Positions 38,226 through 48,844 of a stretch of DNA of 56,071 nt are shown here, piece by piece (positions within the stretch are counted from its first letter, which is position 1; every line of letters starts with the position of its first letter). The notes under the pieces were generated by a model. The model was given only the letters and a program-made list of their open reading frames with translations, was not told where the DNA came from and made no database searches. Source of the stretch: an uncultured virus (IMG/VR IMGVR_UViG_3300024272_000044) (lineage: Duplodnaviria; Heunggongvirae; Uroviricota; Caudoviricetes). The stretch lies in IMG/VR virus record IMGVR_UViG_3300024272_000044; one strand, 5' to 3'. Made by a program: the position numbers and the translations under genes.

Positions 38226-41200
38226 TAAAACGCCCCCTCATTCATATTTGCAAATTCGATAGAGCCACCACAAATAGCATCAATGTCATCTACTGTGATA
38301 AGTTCTAAATCATCTGGAATGTATGAAGCCTTAATCTTAACATCAGTAGACCAAGCAAATCCATTAATTTTAAGAGATGCCGTGTGCACTCCAGCATTTC
38401 CAAAATAAACACCCTTTTTAGGACATACGGATGCGCTGTTTGGAATTAAAGCATTGTCTTTCATTGCTATGATTACAGAATATAATGTAATACATTCGTC
38501 TGATTGTGATAAAATGGTATCATAAGTTCTTCCATCGCTTAAAGTTTCAACAAAGCCATTTGATAAATCATCAATAGTTGGAACTTTATCTGTTATAAGA
38601 TATAAAGTACTACTAATCATTGGTTCTTTACCAGTTGTATCTCCGTCCCATGTTAATGTATCACTGCCAACTTTTTCTTCCAAGATATCTGTTGATTTAA
38701 TTAATTTAACTCCATCATCCTGAGAAGTTCCACCTACATAAACATCACCTTGATACCAAGCGTTACCATCCCAGTCGAGAGTGTGAGCATTAGAACGTTT
38801 ATATTCTCCTAATTCTTCGTCAATATCTCCACCATTACCAACAATATGAGCATATCTATTTAATGCATTACCATCTTCGTCTACATCAGGTATATTAAAT
38901 TTTCCCTGAACATGCTGATTTTCTCCAGAAGCAATAGTGTAGAATCCCTCAGCGTGAGATATATTTCCGTTAGCTTCTGTGTTCATACCTTCAGCATGAG
39001 ACACATTTCCATTTGCAACAGTATCGCTTCCCTCTGCGTGTGACTCAGCTCCAACTGCATTTGCACCATGCCCTTCTGCATGAGAATACATTCCTGAAGC
39101 AGATGTGCTATTCCCTTCAGCATGAGACGCTGCGCCTGTTGCATATGTAGTACTTCCCTCCGCATGAGAGTTGCTTCCTGATGCCATAGAACCTAAGCCC
39201 TCTGCATGAGAACCATCTCCAGAGGCAGTAGTTAATATTCCCTCGGCATGAGAACCCTCTCCAGAAGCTGTTGTTTCACTTCCCTCTGCATGAGAAGCTT
39301 GTTCCGAAGCTGTTGTGCCAACCCCTTCTGCATGGGAGTATTTTCCGTTAGCTTTTGTATTATTGCCCTCTGCATGAGAAGAGTGGCCGCCAGCTGTTGC
39401 ATCATATCCCTCTGCATGAGAAGCTATACCCCATGCGAGTGTTCTATAACCTTCCGCATGTGAAGCTTGAGCAGTTGATACAGAAAACTGACCTTCAGCA
39501 TGAGCTGCCATCATGGTCGCCTTAGTACTCCAGCCTTCTGCATGTGTATATCCGCCAGCAGTAATAGTGTTGCCACCTTCTGCATGAGATGACATCCCAT
39601 TAGCTTGTGTGTTTTCGCCCTCTGCGTGAGAGAATTTACCAACAGCCCTATTATTAGAATAATCATTAAAAATTTCAGCACCTTCTCCAGCAACAATATT
39701 ATCAGCATAAACTAAGCCTACTGAAGGGTCTGGGTCGTATCCCACTACAACATTCTCATAAGACTGACCCTCTACATTTTCACCAACACTGTCTGGTAAG
39801 AATTTCTTATCAATTTTCTTAATTACCTCAGATACTGTACAGTTATATACTATAATTGTATGGTCTCCAGTACGTGCATATAATTTTGTATCAAACGCTC
39901 CATCTTCAGTATAATAAAATGGATATTCTGTTAAATTAGAATCACCGAAGCATACGTTTTTAGCATCATTTTGTTTTATTTCGCACATATATGGAACATC
40001 ATCCCATACAACTTCCACATATTGTTCAACATCATTTGTTATATAAGTATCTAATGTGTTATACTCTCCATCAGATAACAAACTAATATTATTATCTGAA
40101 AACAGTTCTTCTCCTCTTACAATACTTGTAGATTCATAATGCGTTCTATTCTTAATATAATCAACAGCTGTTTCATCATTCTGATTCCAATCAGACTGTG
40201 GAATTGAATCGATTCTTGCGATAGCATCTGGAATATATTTTTCGTCAAGTTTTTTAATTTGTTCAATTGACGAATCTTCTTCAATCTTTACATTCATTGG
40301 AAGTCTTGCAACAATAGACTCATCGACTTCAAGTCTTATTTTCCAGTAATACTTACCTTTGCTTTCATTATAGTAAACAATTATAAGAAATGGAACGCTT
40401 TCTCCATATCCGTCATATCCAAACAAACTACCATTACCAATATACGCAAGATATCCGTTTTGTTCATTTTCTGGAAACCATGATACACACGAATGTGTTC
40501 CCCAATCTATATTATCAAGATATGTTTTTAATGATACATTATAAGTAGCACCAACAATAGGAGAAACATTTGCATCCGAGAATACAACGCTAAAATCATT
40601 AGCGGTTTCACAATCTACATTCTGTACATCGCATAAAACTATTGTATTTTGAACCATTTTGCTCCAGAATGGCTTATTCTTAATATAATCAACAGATGTC
40701 TCATCATTCTGATTCCAATCAGACTGAGGAATTGAATCTACTCTTGCAATAGTATCTGGAATGAATTTTTCATCAATAAGCTTTAATCCGCCTTTTTTAT
40801 CAATACGAGAAATTTTAAAAGTGTAATCGCCACTATTCTCTGGAAGATGTGTTACTTCAGTCACATGAGGGTCGTAGGCTTTCCACATTATCCTAAATGG
40901 CATAGAACCATTACCTAAAATAACGCCAAGTGCTCCATCTGCTCTTGATGTACATTCATAAATTTCACCATTAAGAGTTACTTCATATAATTTATCTGCT
41001 TCAAGGGTAAACGCTTTTTCAATATGGTAACCCCAGTTTAAGTCATCCCAATAAACTATTGTTTCTTCAAGAACGACAGTTTTTACATCAGCCTCTTCAT
41101 AATGTGTTCTATTCTTAATATAATCGGAAGCTGTTTCGTCATTCTGATTCCAATCTGGTTGAATAGCTTTAAGCTCATCATATTTAATCTTAGCATTTTC

Positions 41201-41443
41201 TTTAGTCTCATAAATATCATGAACATGGTCTTTATCTGCTTTGCCAGTTGCAACGATTTCAAGGGCATCAATTGCATCTGTATTTTCGCTAATTAAATCA
41301 CCAAGTTCCTTCAATGTATCATATGCTTCTCCAGCTCCATTTAATAAATCGTCTTTAAGTTTATTCGTAGCAGAATTTACATATGATTTTGTTTCGTCTA
41401 CAAACGTAGCCAAACTTTCATCTGTAAAAATTTTTTTACCCAT
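38225..41443 (-). CDS. Long tail fibre/adhesin with YadA-head-like repeats
   Basis: Three Q(S/P)DWNQNDET..DYIKN repeats; about 17 xSHAEG 14-aa repeats; start MGKKIF after AAGGAG. Confidence 0.8.
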   Translation of the reverse strand: MGKKIFTDESLATFVDETKSYVNSATNKLKDDLLNGAGEAYDTLKELGDLISENTDAIDALEIVATGKADKDHVHDIYETKENAKIKYDELKAIQPDWNQNDETASDYIKNRTHYEEADVKTVVLEETIVYWDDLNWGYHIEKAFTLEADKLYEVTLNGEIYECTSRADGALGVILGNGSMPFRIMWKAYDPHVTEVTHLPENSGDYTFKISRIDKKGGLKLIDEKFIPDTIARVDSIPQSDWNQNDETSVDYIKNKPFWSKMVQNTIVLCDVQNVDCETANDFSVVFSDANVSPIVGATYNVSLKTYLDNIDWGTHSCVSWFPENEQNGYLAYIGNGSLFGYDGYGESVPFLIIVYYNESKGKYYWKIRLEVDESIVARLPMNVKIEEDSSIEQIKKLDEKYIPDAIARIDSIPQSDWNQNDETAVDYIKNRTHYESTSIVRGEELFSDNNISLLSDGEYNTLDTYITNDVEQYVEVVWDDVPYMCEIKQNDAKNVCFGDSNLTEYPFYYTEDGAFDTKLYARTGDHTIIVYNCTVSEVIKKIDKKFLPDSVGENVEGQSYENVVVGYDPDPSVGLVYADNIVAGEGAEIFNDYSNNRAVGKFSHAEGENTQANGMSSHAEGGNTITAGGYTHAEGWSTKATMMAAHAEGQFSVSTAQASHAEGYRTLAWGIASHAEGYDATAGGHSSHAEGNNTKANGKYSHAEGVGTTASEQASHAEGSETTASGEGSHAEGILTTASGDGSHAEGLGSMASGSNSHAEGSTTYATGAASHAEGNSTSASGMYSHAEGHGANAVGAESHAEGSDTVANGNVSHAEGMNTEANGNISHAEGFYTIASGENQHVQGKFNIPDVDEDGNALNRYAHIVGNGGDIDEELGEYKRSNAHTLDWDGNAWYQGDVYVGGTSQDDGVKLIKSTDILEEKVGSDTLTWDGDTTGKEPMISSTLYLITDKVPTIDDLSNGFVETLSDGRTYDTILSQSDECITLYSVIIAMKDNALIPNSASVCPKKGVYFGNAGVHTASLKINGFAWSTDVKIKASYIPDDLELITVDDIDAICGGSIEFANMNEGAF

Positions 41444-41584
41444 ATTTTGAAATCTCCTTTCAAAATTTATAATTAATTTGTTTCTCTTTTCATTCATAAA
41501 ATTATAGTTTTATATGCTTTAATATTGACGTTATGCATCTACGTATCATGCACAATATTTTCTATTAAAACATATATAAATAAA

Positions 41585-41606
41585 AGCCATGCTTTTTAGC
41601 ATGGCT
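41585..41606 (-). terminator. Hairpin terminator
   Basis: AGCCATGCT-TTTT-AGCATGGCT. Confidence 0.65.
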
Positions 41607-41635
41607 AATATCTACACATTTTAATATTTTGCGTA

Positions 41636-43717
41636 TTACGCAAATAAAGTCTGAATTTCTGCGCTTGTAATTTCCTGAATTTCAGAAATAGCAGTCTGAA
41701 GATTTGAAATAGCTGTTGTATGTTCACCAATAGAGCTTGTATTAGCTCCAATCGCAGAAGAAGCACTATTAATTGCTGTAGCAACAACACTATTTTCAAC
41801 AGGATTAGATGAAGTTGTAGACAATGTAGAGTCAACAACTATCTTATTTGCCCCCATTTCAATACTTTCAAGTTTTGTAACCATATTAGCACTCATAAAA
41901 CCATTTGCAGATGTTGTAGCCACGTCATGACCATGACCAGAATCTGCCTTATTAGTATTAAGAGTATCGTATTTTGACTGAGCATCTTCTTTTGTTTCAT
42001 ATAAATCATGTGTATGCTCTTTATCTGCTTTATTTGCAAGATAACCATCAACTTCAGCTTTTGTATAAGCATCTACTTTTGGGATAGCCGCAATTTTTTC
42101 GTCTGTATATGATTTTGCGGATTCAAGAGCTTCATTTGCAGAGCCGCTTGCATCATAAACACCATCATGATTATGTTCTTTATCGGCTTTTCCAGCTGCT
42201 ACAATTTCAAGAGCGTCAATTGCATCAACGTTTACGTCAATTAAATCACCCAATTCTTTTAACGTATCATATGCTCCGCCAGCTCCATTAAGTAAGTCAT
42301 TTTTAACTTTGTTTGCAGCAGTATCAGCAACAGAATCCGCATAAGCTTTTGCGGAATCAAGAGCATCAGAAGCAGAACCCTTTGCATCATAAACATCATC
42401 ATGATTATGATTTGCATCAGCCTTTGCATTTAAAGCAGTATCCACTTCTATCTGTGTATAATATAAATCGTCATGTGTATGATTTGCATCAGCCTTATTA
42501 GCAATAGCACTTAAACGTCTGTCTTCTACATAATTACTAGTTATCAATGCAATAGTAATATTTTTACTTGTAGCTAAATCAAAATCAGATTGACTTAATA
42601 AGTTATATGTATATGGAGAAACGGATATTGTTATTGCATTTGTATTTGCAGCTGATGAAATAATGTAAGAAATAGAATCATAATCTACTGGAGACCATGA
42701 TATATTCAAACTGACTTTAAGATTTTTAATATATAATCTTCTTAAAGAAACACAATCCCCAAAAGCTTCTCTCCAACTTCCAGATTTTGCACCAAAGTTA
42801 GTTGTGTTAACAGCATTAAAAGTTCCTGCGTTTTCGATGTTTCTTGCATCAAACATTAAGCCTCTACAGTCTTTAGGCAGCATAATATCAAACATCTTAG
42901 GCAAGCCAATTGTTCTTGCGCCATAGTAACTGAATACTTGTGTTGCCCAATTCGCTTTCGCAAAACTATCTTTATACGCTTGGTTTGCCCAGTTTGGGTC
43001 AGTAACTACGCCACCAGCCAAATAGAAGCTTTTAAATGTATTGTCTGGAATAGTTGAATAACACAATGGCAATTCTGATGTGTGCGTTAATGTGTAATTT
43101 GTTCTTCTGGAAACATCGCTAATATAAGGATTATCACTCCAAAAAATACAATTTGAATACTGTGCGCTTTGAACGTGATATACCCCTTGATTACCTTGAC
43201 TCCATTTTGAATACATGGCTTCATCATTCATATCAAATAAGATGTTTGAAAACTGAGCAACACCTTCGAGCCAAGGGTAAAATGTTCCTAAAGCACTAGG
43301 GAACGCGCTTAATGATAAAATAGAATTATCCGATGTTGGAATAATCTCAAATGTATCTCCCTCTACAAGCCTAACTTCAACGTTTGAGTTTGCAGGATAT
43401 GTCTTAGGAATATCGTTAGTAACGATTGTTACATCCTCAACACAATAAAATGCTAATACTGTATTTGAGTTTAATGTTGTATATAAATTTTTAACATACT
43501 CTTCAGTTACATAGCTTGCCTTTTCTTCTGGAGTTATATGAATTTCACTATTGGAGCTGTGTAAATCAATTTTTGTATCAATTTCAGAAACGGAATCTTC
43601 AATAGTATCTTTAAATTTAGTGCCGTCTTCATTTAAAATCTGAGTAGACAAAGTTTTGGGAGCAATTTTTGTTTGTTCGTGGTCAACAAGCCAACGAACT
43701 TTAATATTTTCCGCCAT
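41636..43717 (-). CDS. Tail fibre protein with His-repeat shaft
   Basis: KADANHTHDDLY/KADKEHNH repeats; DTLKELGD motif. Confidence 0.75.
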   Translation of the reverse strand: MAENIKVRWLVDHEQTKIAPKTLSTQILNEDGTKFKDTIEDSVSEIDTKIDLHSSNSEIHITPEEKASYVTEEYVKNLYTTLNSNTVLAFYCVEDVTIVTNDIPKTYPANSNVEVRLVEGDTFEIIPTSDNSILSLSAFPSALGTFYPWLEGVAQFSNILFDMNDEAMYSKWSQGNQGVYHVQSAQYSNCIFWSDNPYISDVSRRTNYTLTHTSELPLCYSTIPDNTFKSFYLAGGVVTDPNWANQAYKDSFAKANWATQVFSYYGARTIGLPKMFDIMLPKDCRGLMFDARNIENAGTFNAVNTTNFGAKSGSWREAFGDCVSLRRLYIKNLKVSLNISWSPVDYDSISYIISSAANTNAITISVSPYTYNLLSQSDFDLATSKNITIALITSNYVEDRRLSAIANKADANHTHDDLYYTQIEVDTALNAKADANHNHDDVYDAKGSASDALDSAKAYADSVADTAANKVKNDLLNGAGGAYDTLKELGDLIDVNVDAIDALEIVAAGKADKEHNHDGVYDASGSANEALESAKSYTDEKIAAIPKVDAYTKAEVDGYLANKADKEHTHDLYETKEDAQSKYDTLNTNKADSGHGHDVATTSANGFMSANMVTKLESIEMGANKIVVDSTLSTTSSNPVENSVVATAINSASSAIGANTSSIGEHTTAISNLQTAISEIQEITSAEIQTLFA

Positions 43718-43731
43718 TTAAATTCCTCCTT

Positions 43732-44970
43732 TTATTCAAATCGTTTGAAGAATAAATAAGTTTCTTCACACACTGGTTTAATTTCAATCTCCTCACCATT
43801 TAAGTTAATTGTATTACCAGTTGGGTTTGGAACTGGGTCGCCAACATAAGCAGTTTCATGTCCGCCAGTTTCATATAATTTTAAATAAGCTGTGCCGCCA
43901 GCATTTTGAATGCTTTTAATAAATGCTTCAGTTGGTTCATATCTAACAGTTTCGTCATCCATACAATGCCAGAATTTAACAGGACAGCGGTAATATCTAT
44001 ATTCTAAACCATCTGAGCCAGTAATTACACCGCTCTTCATAGGATTATAGCCCATAATTTTCTTTTCGTCATAAGTCCATTTAAGCCTGTCTTTTGTGGA
44101 AGTCGCGTCTGGAATAGGGTCAAATCCATAAACAGTAGCTAACACCGCACCAGGCCCATTTACAGAGCACCAAGGCCAAGGGTCTAACCAAATTTGATTA
44201 TAAGTATCTAATACAGGACTCCATCCAGCTTGAGCTAAAACAGGAATGTGACTATGTAAAACTATATTAGTAGTTGTAATACCACCTTCAGAAATTCCAA
44301 CTAAAAATACTTCTGGATAAAAGTTAAAATTATCCATGCAATAATTATATGCTTTAATATGACTCTGAATAGCAATATATGAGCCAACAGAATCCTGAAG
44401 TCTCAAATTGCCTTTATCAATGGCATATTGTTCTGGAAGACCATTAACGTCCATTACAGCATATCCATTAGCAACAAGATACTGCGAAATCGATTGATAT
44501 TCTGCTTGAGAACTATCTGCTGAAACAGTGCCACCACCACCATGAGCACTAATTACCAAACGAGTTTTCTTACCTTTGTCGGTATAAGATTTAGGGAGAA
44601 TTAAAACGCCATAGTCTGTATACATTTCAGTTCCGTCAGCAAATTCTGCTCCCAAATTATCTTCTGGAATATACATAGGGGCACAGTTTACTTCTACAGT
44701 AAAACGATGAATTGTACCAGCAAGATTAGATGATTCAAATTCTGTTTCAACAACGATATCATCATTTGAATCTCCGATAAAAGCAACCTGTGAACTCAAT
44801 GTGTCAATCTGCATTTCTACATCAGATGAATTTGCTTTATCGACAATCGCTTCATCTGTATATGCCTTAGCAGATTCAAGAGAAGACTCATCGCCTTTCA
44901 CAATTTCAGTTTTTAATAAAGCATCATATTCTTGTAGTCTTTCTAAAGACATATATGTTTTTGTTGCCAT
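43732..44970 (-). CDS. Tail-module alpha/beta-hydrolase (esterase)
   Basis: HGGGG, GISEGG nucleophile elbow, DDETV, GGH. Confidence 0.75.
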   Translation of the reverse strand: MATKTYMSLERLQEYDALLKTEIVKGDESSLESAKAYTDEAIVDKANSSDVEMQIDTLSSQVAFIGDSNDDIVVETEFESSNLAGTIHRFTVEVNCAPMYIPEDNLGAEFADGTEMYTDYGVLILPKSYTDKGKKTRLVISAHGGGGTVSADSSQAEYQSISQYLVANGYAVMDVNGLPEQYAIDKGNLRLQDSVGSYIAIQSHIKAYNYCMDNFNFYPEVFLVGISEGGITTTNIVLHSHIPVLAQAGWSPVLDTYNQIWLDPWPWCSVNGPGAVLATVYGFDPIPDATSTKDRLKWTYDEKKIMGYNPMKSGVITGSDGLEYRYYRCPVKFWHCMDDETVRYEPTEAFIKSIQNAGGTAYLKLYETGGHETAYVGDPVPNPTGNTINLNGEEIEIKPVCEETYLFFKRFE

Positions 44971-45027
44971 ATTTAAATTTTCTCCTTTCTTTAAGAGAAT
45001 TTATAATATTCACATATTTATTAATTA

Positions 45028-45231
45028 TTAGTATATTTTATTTATATAATCAAAAGCATCTTCTACTTGCTTTTTAGAATATTTTTTTAAATCTATTTTA
45101 CTTAAAAGAAATTTATTCATAATATTATAAGGCTTAATTCTTAAATCAGATATATACGTACAACCGAGGGCACTCTTTAAAAACTCAAATAAATCCAAAT
45201 CAGAATCTAAATCTGTAATATTTGTATTCAT
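45028..45231 (-). CDS. Small hypothetical protein
   Basis: GAGGT RBS; very AT-rich; lies just after a terminator. Confidence 0.5.
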   Translation of the reverse strand: MNTNITDLDSDLDLFEFLKSALGCTYISDLRIKPYNIMNKFLLSKIDLKKYSKKQVEDAFDYINKIY

Positions 45232-45250
45232 AAAATATATACCTCATCGT

Positions 45251-45284
45251 TAAAAAATAGGGGATTCCAATTAAAGAATCCCCA
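45251..45284 (-). terminator. Intrinsic terminator
   Basis: GGGGATTC/GAATCCCC stem with T-run on the - strand. Confidence 0.7.
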
Positions 45285-45321
45285 TGTTTATAAATTTATT
45301 AGTTATACTATGATATACTAA

Positions 45322-46953
45322 TTACGCAAAAAGTGCGTTTACTTCATCAGATGTGATAGCTACAAAACTTTCAATCGCTGATTTATTTGCAGCAATAGCA
45401 GTTTCATTTGCAGCAATTCTTTCTACAGCAGCATCAAGGTCGTCCTGTTCTGCTTTGTCAACGATTGTTTCTTCAAGTGTTTTAACTCTTGCATCAACAC
45501 CATCAACTTTACCAGCCATTGCTTCATCAAGACCATCAGCATAATCTTTAGCATTCTGTTCAGCAGCATTCCATTTAGCTACATCGCCATCAGCAATCTT
45601 AGCAAGTTCTGCTTCATTTGCATGAACGTGAGCTTTAGCTTCAGCAGCATCCCACTTAGCTTTATCTCCAGAAACGATAAGGTCAAGTTCTGCTTTGTTA
45701 GCATGTTCATGGTCGATAGCTTCAAGAGCTTCTACACGAGTGTTCATTGCTGTATTAAGCTCATTAGCTTTTGCAATAGCAGCTTCTTTAGCAGCATCAG
45801 CTTTTGATGTAGCATCTTCAGCAGCAGTTTCGATTGCTTCCTGTTTAGCGTCAGCAATCTGGTCTTCCACAGAACCTTCAGCTCCACCAAATTTAGCTTC
45901 AAGAGCTTCGATTCTTTCTACCTGACCAGCGTCAGCTTCTTCTAAATCAGCAACTGCATCTGTAAGAGCCTGAGCGTCAGCTTTTGTAGCAACAACTCCC
46001 TCAAGAGCGTCTACTTCTCCCTGAGCTTTTTCTACAGCTTCTTCTACAGCATCCATTTCTTCTTTAAGTGTAGCAACGTCTGTCTGAAGAGCAGCAGCTC
46101 CTGTTGTATCAGAAAGAATCCAATCAGCCACTTCTTTAAGTGTATCGAAGTCTGCGTCTACACCTTCACCTAAAACAGTTGCAATAGCTTCTGTTTTAGC
46201 TGTAGCGATTGCTTCTACAAGTTCTTCTTTGTCTTCAGCTTTAAGATAATCATCTTCAACAGCTTTAATTCTAGAAGCTAATCCAGCTTCGATTCCTTCA
46301 GCTCTAGCCTGTTCAGCTTCGATTTTACCAACTACTTCTGTCTTATCAGCAGCTTTAAGGTAGTCAGCTTCGATAACATCAACATCCGCAGAAAGAGCAT
46401 CTACAGCAGCCTGAAGTTCACCAAGAGCAGCGTCTGTAGCGATTCCAGCTGTCTTTTCCTGAACATATCCTACGATATCTGTAGCTGTAGCACCTTCTGG
46501 AATTTCACCAACGTATGCTTCAAGGTCAGCAACCATCTGTTCAACTTTAGCATCTTCAGCATCAGCATAATCTTTAGCCTGTTTTAAGATACCAGTTTCA
46601 GCATTGTTAATAGCTGCGATAGCTTCAGCGTTTGCATCAGCTTTAGCGTCTACGCCATCAATATTTCCCTGAAGAGCTTCCTTGTCAGCAGCTTTAAGAT
46701 AATCACCTTTAATTTCAGCGATTGCTTCAGTATTTGTTTTTACAGCACCATTAGCTAATTCATTAACTTTTGTTTCAGCATGAGCTTTTGCATTTGATTC
46801 AGCAGTAGCAGCAGCACCAGCTACTTCGAACTGAGAATCTTTTCCATCACAATAAGCTTTTGCAGCTTCTAAAGTTTTTGCGTCTTCCGCTTTAATCTGG
46901 TCAACAAGAGTACCAAGTGCAGTAGTGTCTAAATATTTTTTAATTTCAGCCAT
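45322..46953 (-). CDS. Ala/Glu-rich coiled-coil fibre protein
   Basis: Heptads, FDTLKEVADWI motif, strong GCT/GAA codon bias. Confidence 0.75.
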   Translation of the reverse strand: MAEIKKYLDTTALGTLVDQIKAEDAKTLEAAKAYCDGKDSQFEVAGAAATAESNAKAHAETKVNELANGAVKTNTEAIAEIKGDYLKAADKEALQGNIDGVDAKADANAEAIAAINNAETGILKQAKDYADAEDAKVEQMVADLEAYVGEIPEGATATDIVGYVQEKTAGIATDAALGELQAAVDALSADVDVIEADYLKAADKTEVVGKIEAEQARAEGIEAGLASRIKAVEDDYLKAEDKEELVEAIATAKTEAIATVLGEGVDADFDTLKEVADWILSDTTGAAALQTDVATLKEEMDAVEEAVEKAQGEVDALEGVVATKADAQALTDAVADLEEADAGQVERIEALEAKFGGAEGSVEDQIADAKQEAIETAAEDATSKADAAKEAAIAKANELNTAMNTRVEALEAIDHEHANKAELDLIVSGDKAKWDAAEAKAHVHANEAELAKIADGDVAKWNAAEQNAKDYADGLDEAMAGKVDGVDARVKTLEETIVDKAEQDDLDAAVERIAANETAIAANKSAIESFVAITSDEVNALFA

Positions 46954-46991
46954 GTTCGTATTCTCCTTTTGAATAAAAAAATAATATTAAT

Positions 46992-47465
46992 TTAATTAAA
47001 TAATGCTATAACATCTTCTGATGTCATAGAATAAGTTCTGTCGGCAACTATTTTATAATCGCCTAATTCATCAATCCAAACAGCAATATGCTCATTGCCG
47101 TCTTCAATATTAGTATATATTGTCTGTTCTACTCCTAATTCTGGAAATTCTGTACCAATAAATACTACTTCTTGTGGTCTTGCTGTAATCTGAATCCATT
47201 CATTATTACGATAAGTCCATAAAACAGCAGACTCAATAACGAAATAGTAAACTCCGTTAATTGGAGATTCAAGCTCTTTACGAGTTGATTCTGTGTCCAG
47301 TTCCTCGATTTGGTTGTAAAACTTTCTCTTATTTTTAAAGTCAAGAGCAATTCTTCCACTGTCTTGACAGAAAATAAGCTGCCCATTTTTAATTACCAAA
47401 TCTTTAACTCTTTCGGAGGTGGTTGCGATTACAGACAATACTTGTTTTGTACTTGTATCCGCCAT
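46992..47465 (-). CDS. Tail-module protein
   Basis: GGAGGT RBS; shares a domain with the 47491-48360 C-terminus. Confidence 0.7.
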   Translation of the reverse strand: MADTSTKQVLSVIATTSERVKDLVIKNGQLIFCQDSGRIALDFKNKRKFYNQIEELDTESTRKELESPINGVYYFVIESAVLWTYRNNEWIQITARPQEVVFIGTEFPELGVEQTIYTNIEDGNEHIAVWIDELGDYKIVADRTYSMTSEDVIALFN

Positions 47466-47490
47466 AATTTATACCTCCATCATTAGGGCT

Positions 47491-48360
47491 CTAAAATTCA
47501 ACAATAGCCATTGCAGATTCAGAATATTCTTCAATCATATTCTGTACTGTAGTTGCATTAACTTTTTCTTCTTCAAGAGTAGCAATCTTAGAATAAATAT
47601 CCTTTAATTCGCCACTATTGTCATAAAAAACTCTAGTACCATTAAAATCAAAAGCAACTCTTCCTTCGTCTTGAATGAATATAAGCTGTCCATCTTTAAT
47701 GCCCAGAGATTTAATCTTATCGCCAGTAGTTGCAACAATCTTAAATTCGCGTTTAGTTATCACATAAGACTTTGATTCTTCATCATAAACCATCTTAGTG
47801 TTTTTAGATAAATAACTATTATTACAATCAATAGGTTCAGCAGCATCTGTAGGATTAAAATTATAGAAAGAACCACCAGATATAACTACTTTCGCTGTGC
47901 CATTTCTAAAGTTAGCATCATAGCAGTTAATAGTTTCCCCATATCCATTCATACTAGAAACTTGTTGAACTTTGTAATAACCGCCATTAATATATGCAGT
48001 ACCAGTATGAACATAAATAGAAGAAATGTTACCAATATAAGTACCACTTTCAACAATTAACATACCACCGTCACAAACATCAACGGCATAGCAATCATTT
48101 TCTTTAGCAAACAAAGTACCAGTACCAGCATCGCTACTGTCTAACAATGTTAAAATACCATTATTGCGAACAGAAATTAAAGACCATTTTTTTTCATTTG
48201 TATTCCAAATGTCTTCTGTGTTCTTAATTGTACAACCATTTAAATCAATAGTAATATTTTTTGACACTATTACAGTTTCTGCTACTACAATATCACTTGT
48301 TAATTTAATAACAGTATTCTCAATGGCATTGTCAATCAATGTTTGTAAATTATTATTCAT
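47491..48360 (-). CDS. Tail-module protein with beta-helix-like N-terminal domain
   Basis: IKLTSDI...ITIDLNGCTI...INGG...ISGGSF pattern. Confidence 0.65.
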   Translation of the reverse strand: MNNNLQTLIDNAIENTVIKLTSDIVVAETVIVSKNITIDLNGCTIKNTEDIWNTNEKKWSLISVRNNGILTLLDSSDAGTGTLFAKENDCYAVDVCDGGMLIVESGTYIGNISSIYVHTGTAYINGGYYKVQQVSSMNGYGETINCYDANFRNGTAKVVISGGSFYNFNPTDAAEPIDCNNSYLSKNTKMVYDEESKSYVITKREFKIVATTGDKIKSLGIKDGQLIFIQDEGRVAFDFNGTRVFYDNSGELKDIYSKIATLEEEKVNATTVQNMIEEYSESAMAIVEF

Positions 48361-48383
48361 GTTTTATATTCACCACCTTTGCT

Positions 48384-48785
48384 TTAGAATTCTACGATTT
48401 CAACCAGAGAATCTTCAGACTCCTTAATCATTGTCTTAACTTCTTCTGCTGTAACCTTAGTAGCAATTTTTTCTTCCAGTGCAGATACATCCGTAGGTTT
48501 GCACAGGTTTACGAACTCATTGCCATTCCAAACATAAGCGTCTGAACCATGAACATAAATCTTTCCTGACTCACCAGCCTCAGGAAGAGATTCACCATTA
48601 ACAATAACAACTTCATCTTCTTCTCTGAGAATTACTGGATTGCCATTTTTATCAATCCAACCAATTTTAGGATTATCAGTATCGCCATCTAAAAACAAGA
48701 TGTCAAAACTATCTAATCTACCAGACTGAATAGCAGATTCTAATCCAGCGCTGCTACCAAATGCATGTTTTGCTTTCATAGCCAT
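48384..48785 (-). CDS. Tail-module protein
   Basis: LPEAGESGKIY...YVWNG motif; AGGAGG RBS. Confidence 0.7.
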   Translation of the reverse strand: MAMKAKHAFGSSAGLESAIQSGRLDSFDILFLDGDTDNPKIGWIDKNGNPVILREEDEVVIVNGESLPEAGESGKIYVHGSDAYVWNGNEFVNLCKPTDVSALEEKIATKVTAEEVKTMIKESEDSLVEIVEF

Positions 48786-48844
48786 GTTCTTTTCCTCCTT
48801 TATAAAATTTTTATATATAAAACTCTAATGGAGTATTAGAGTCC

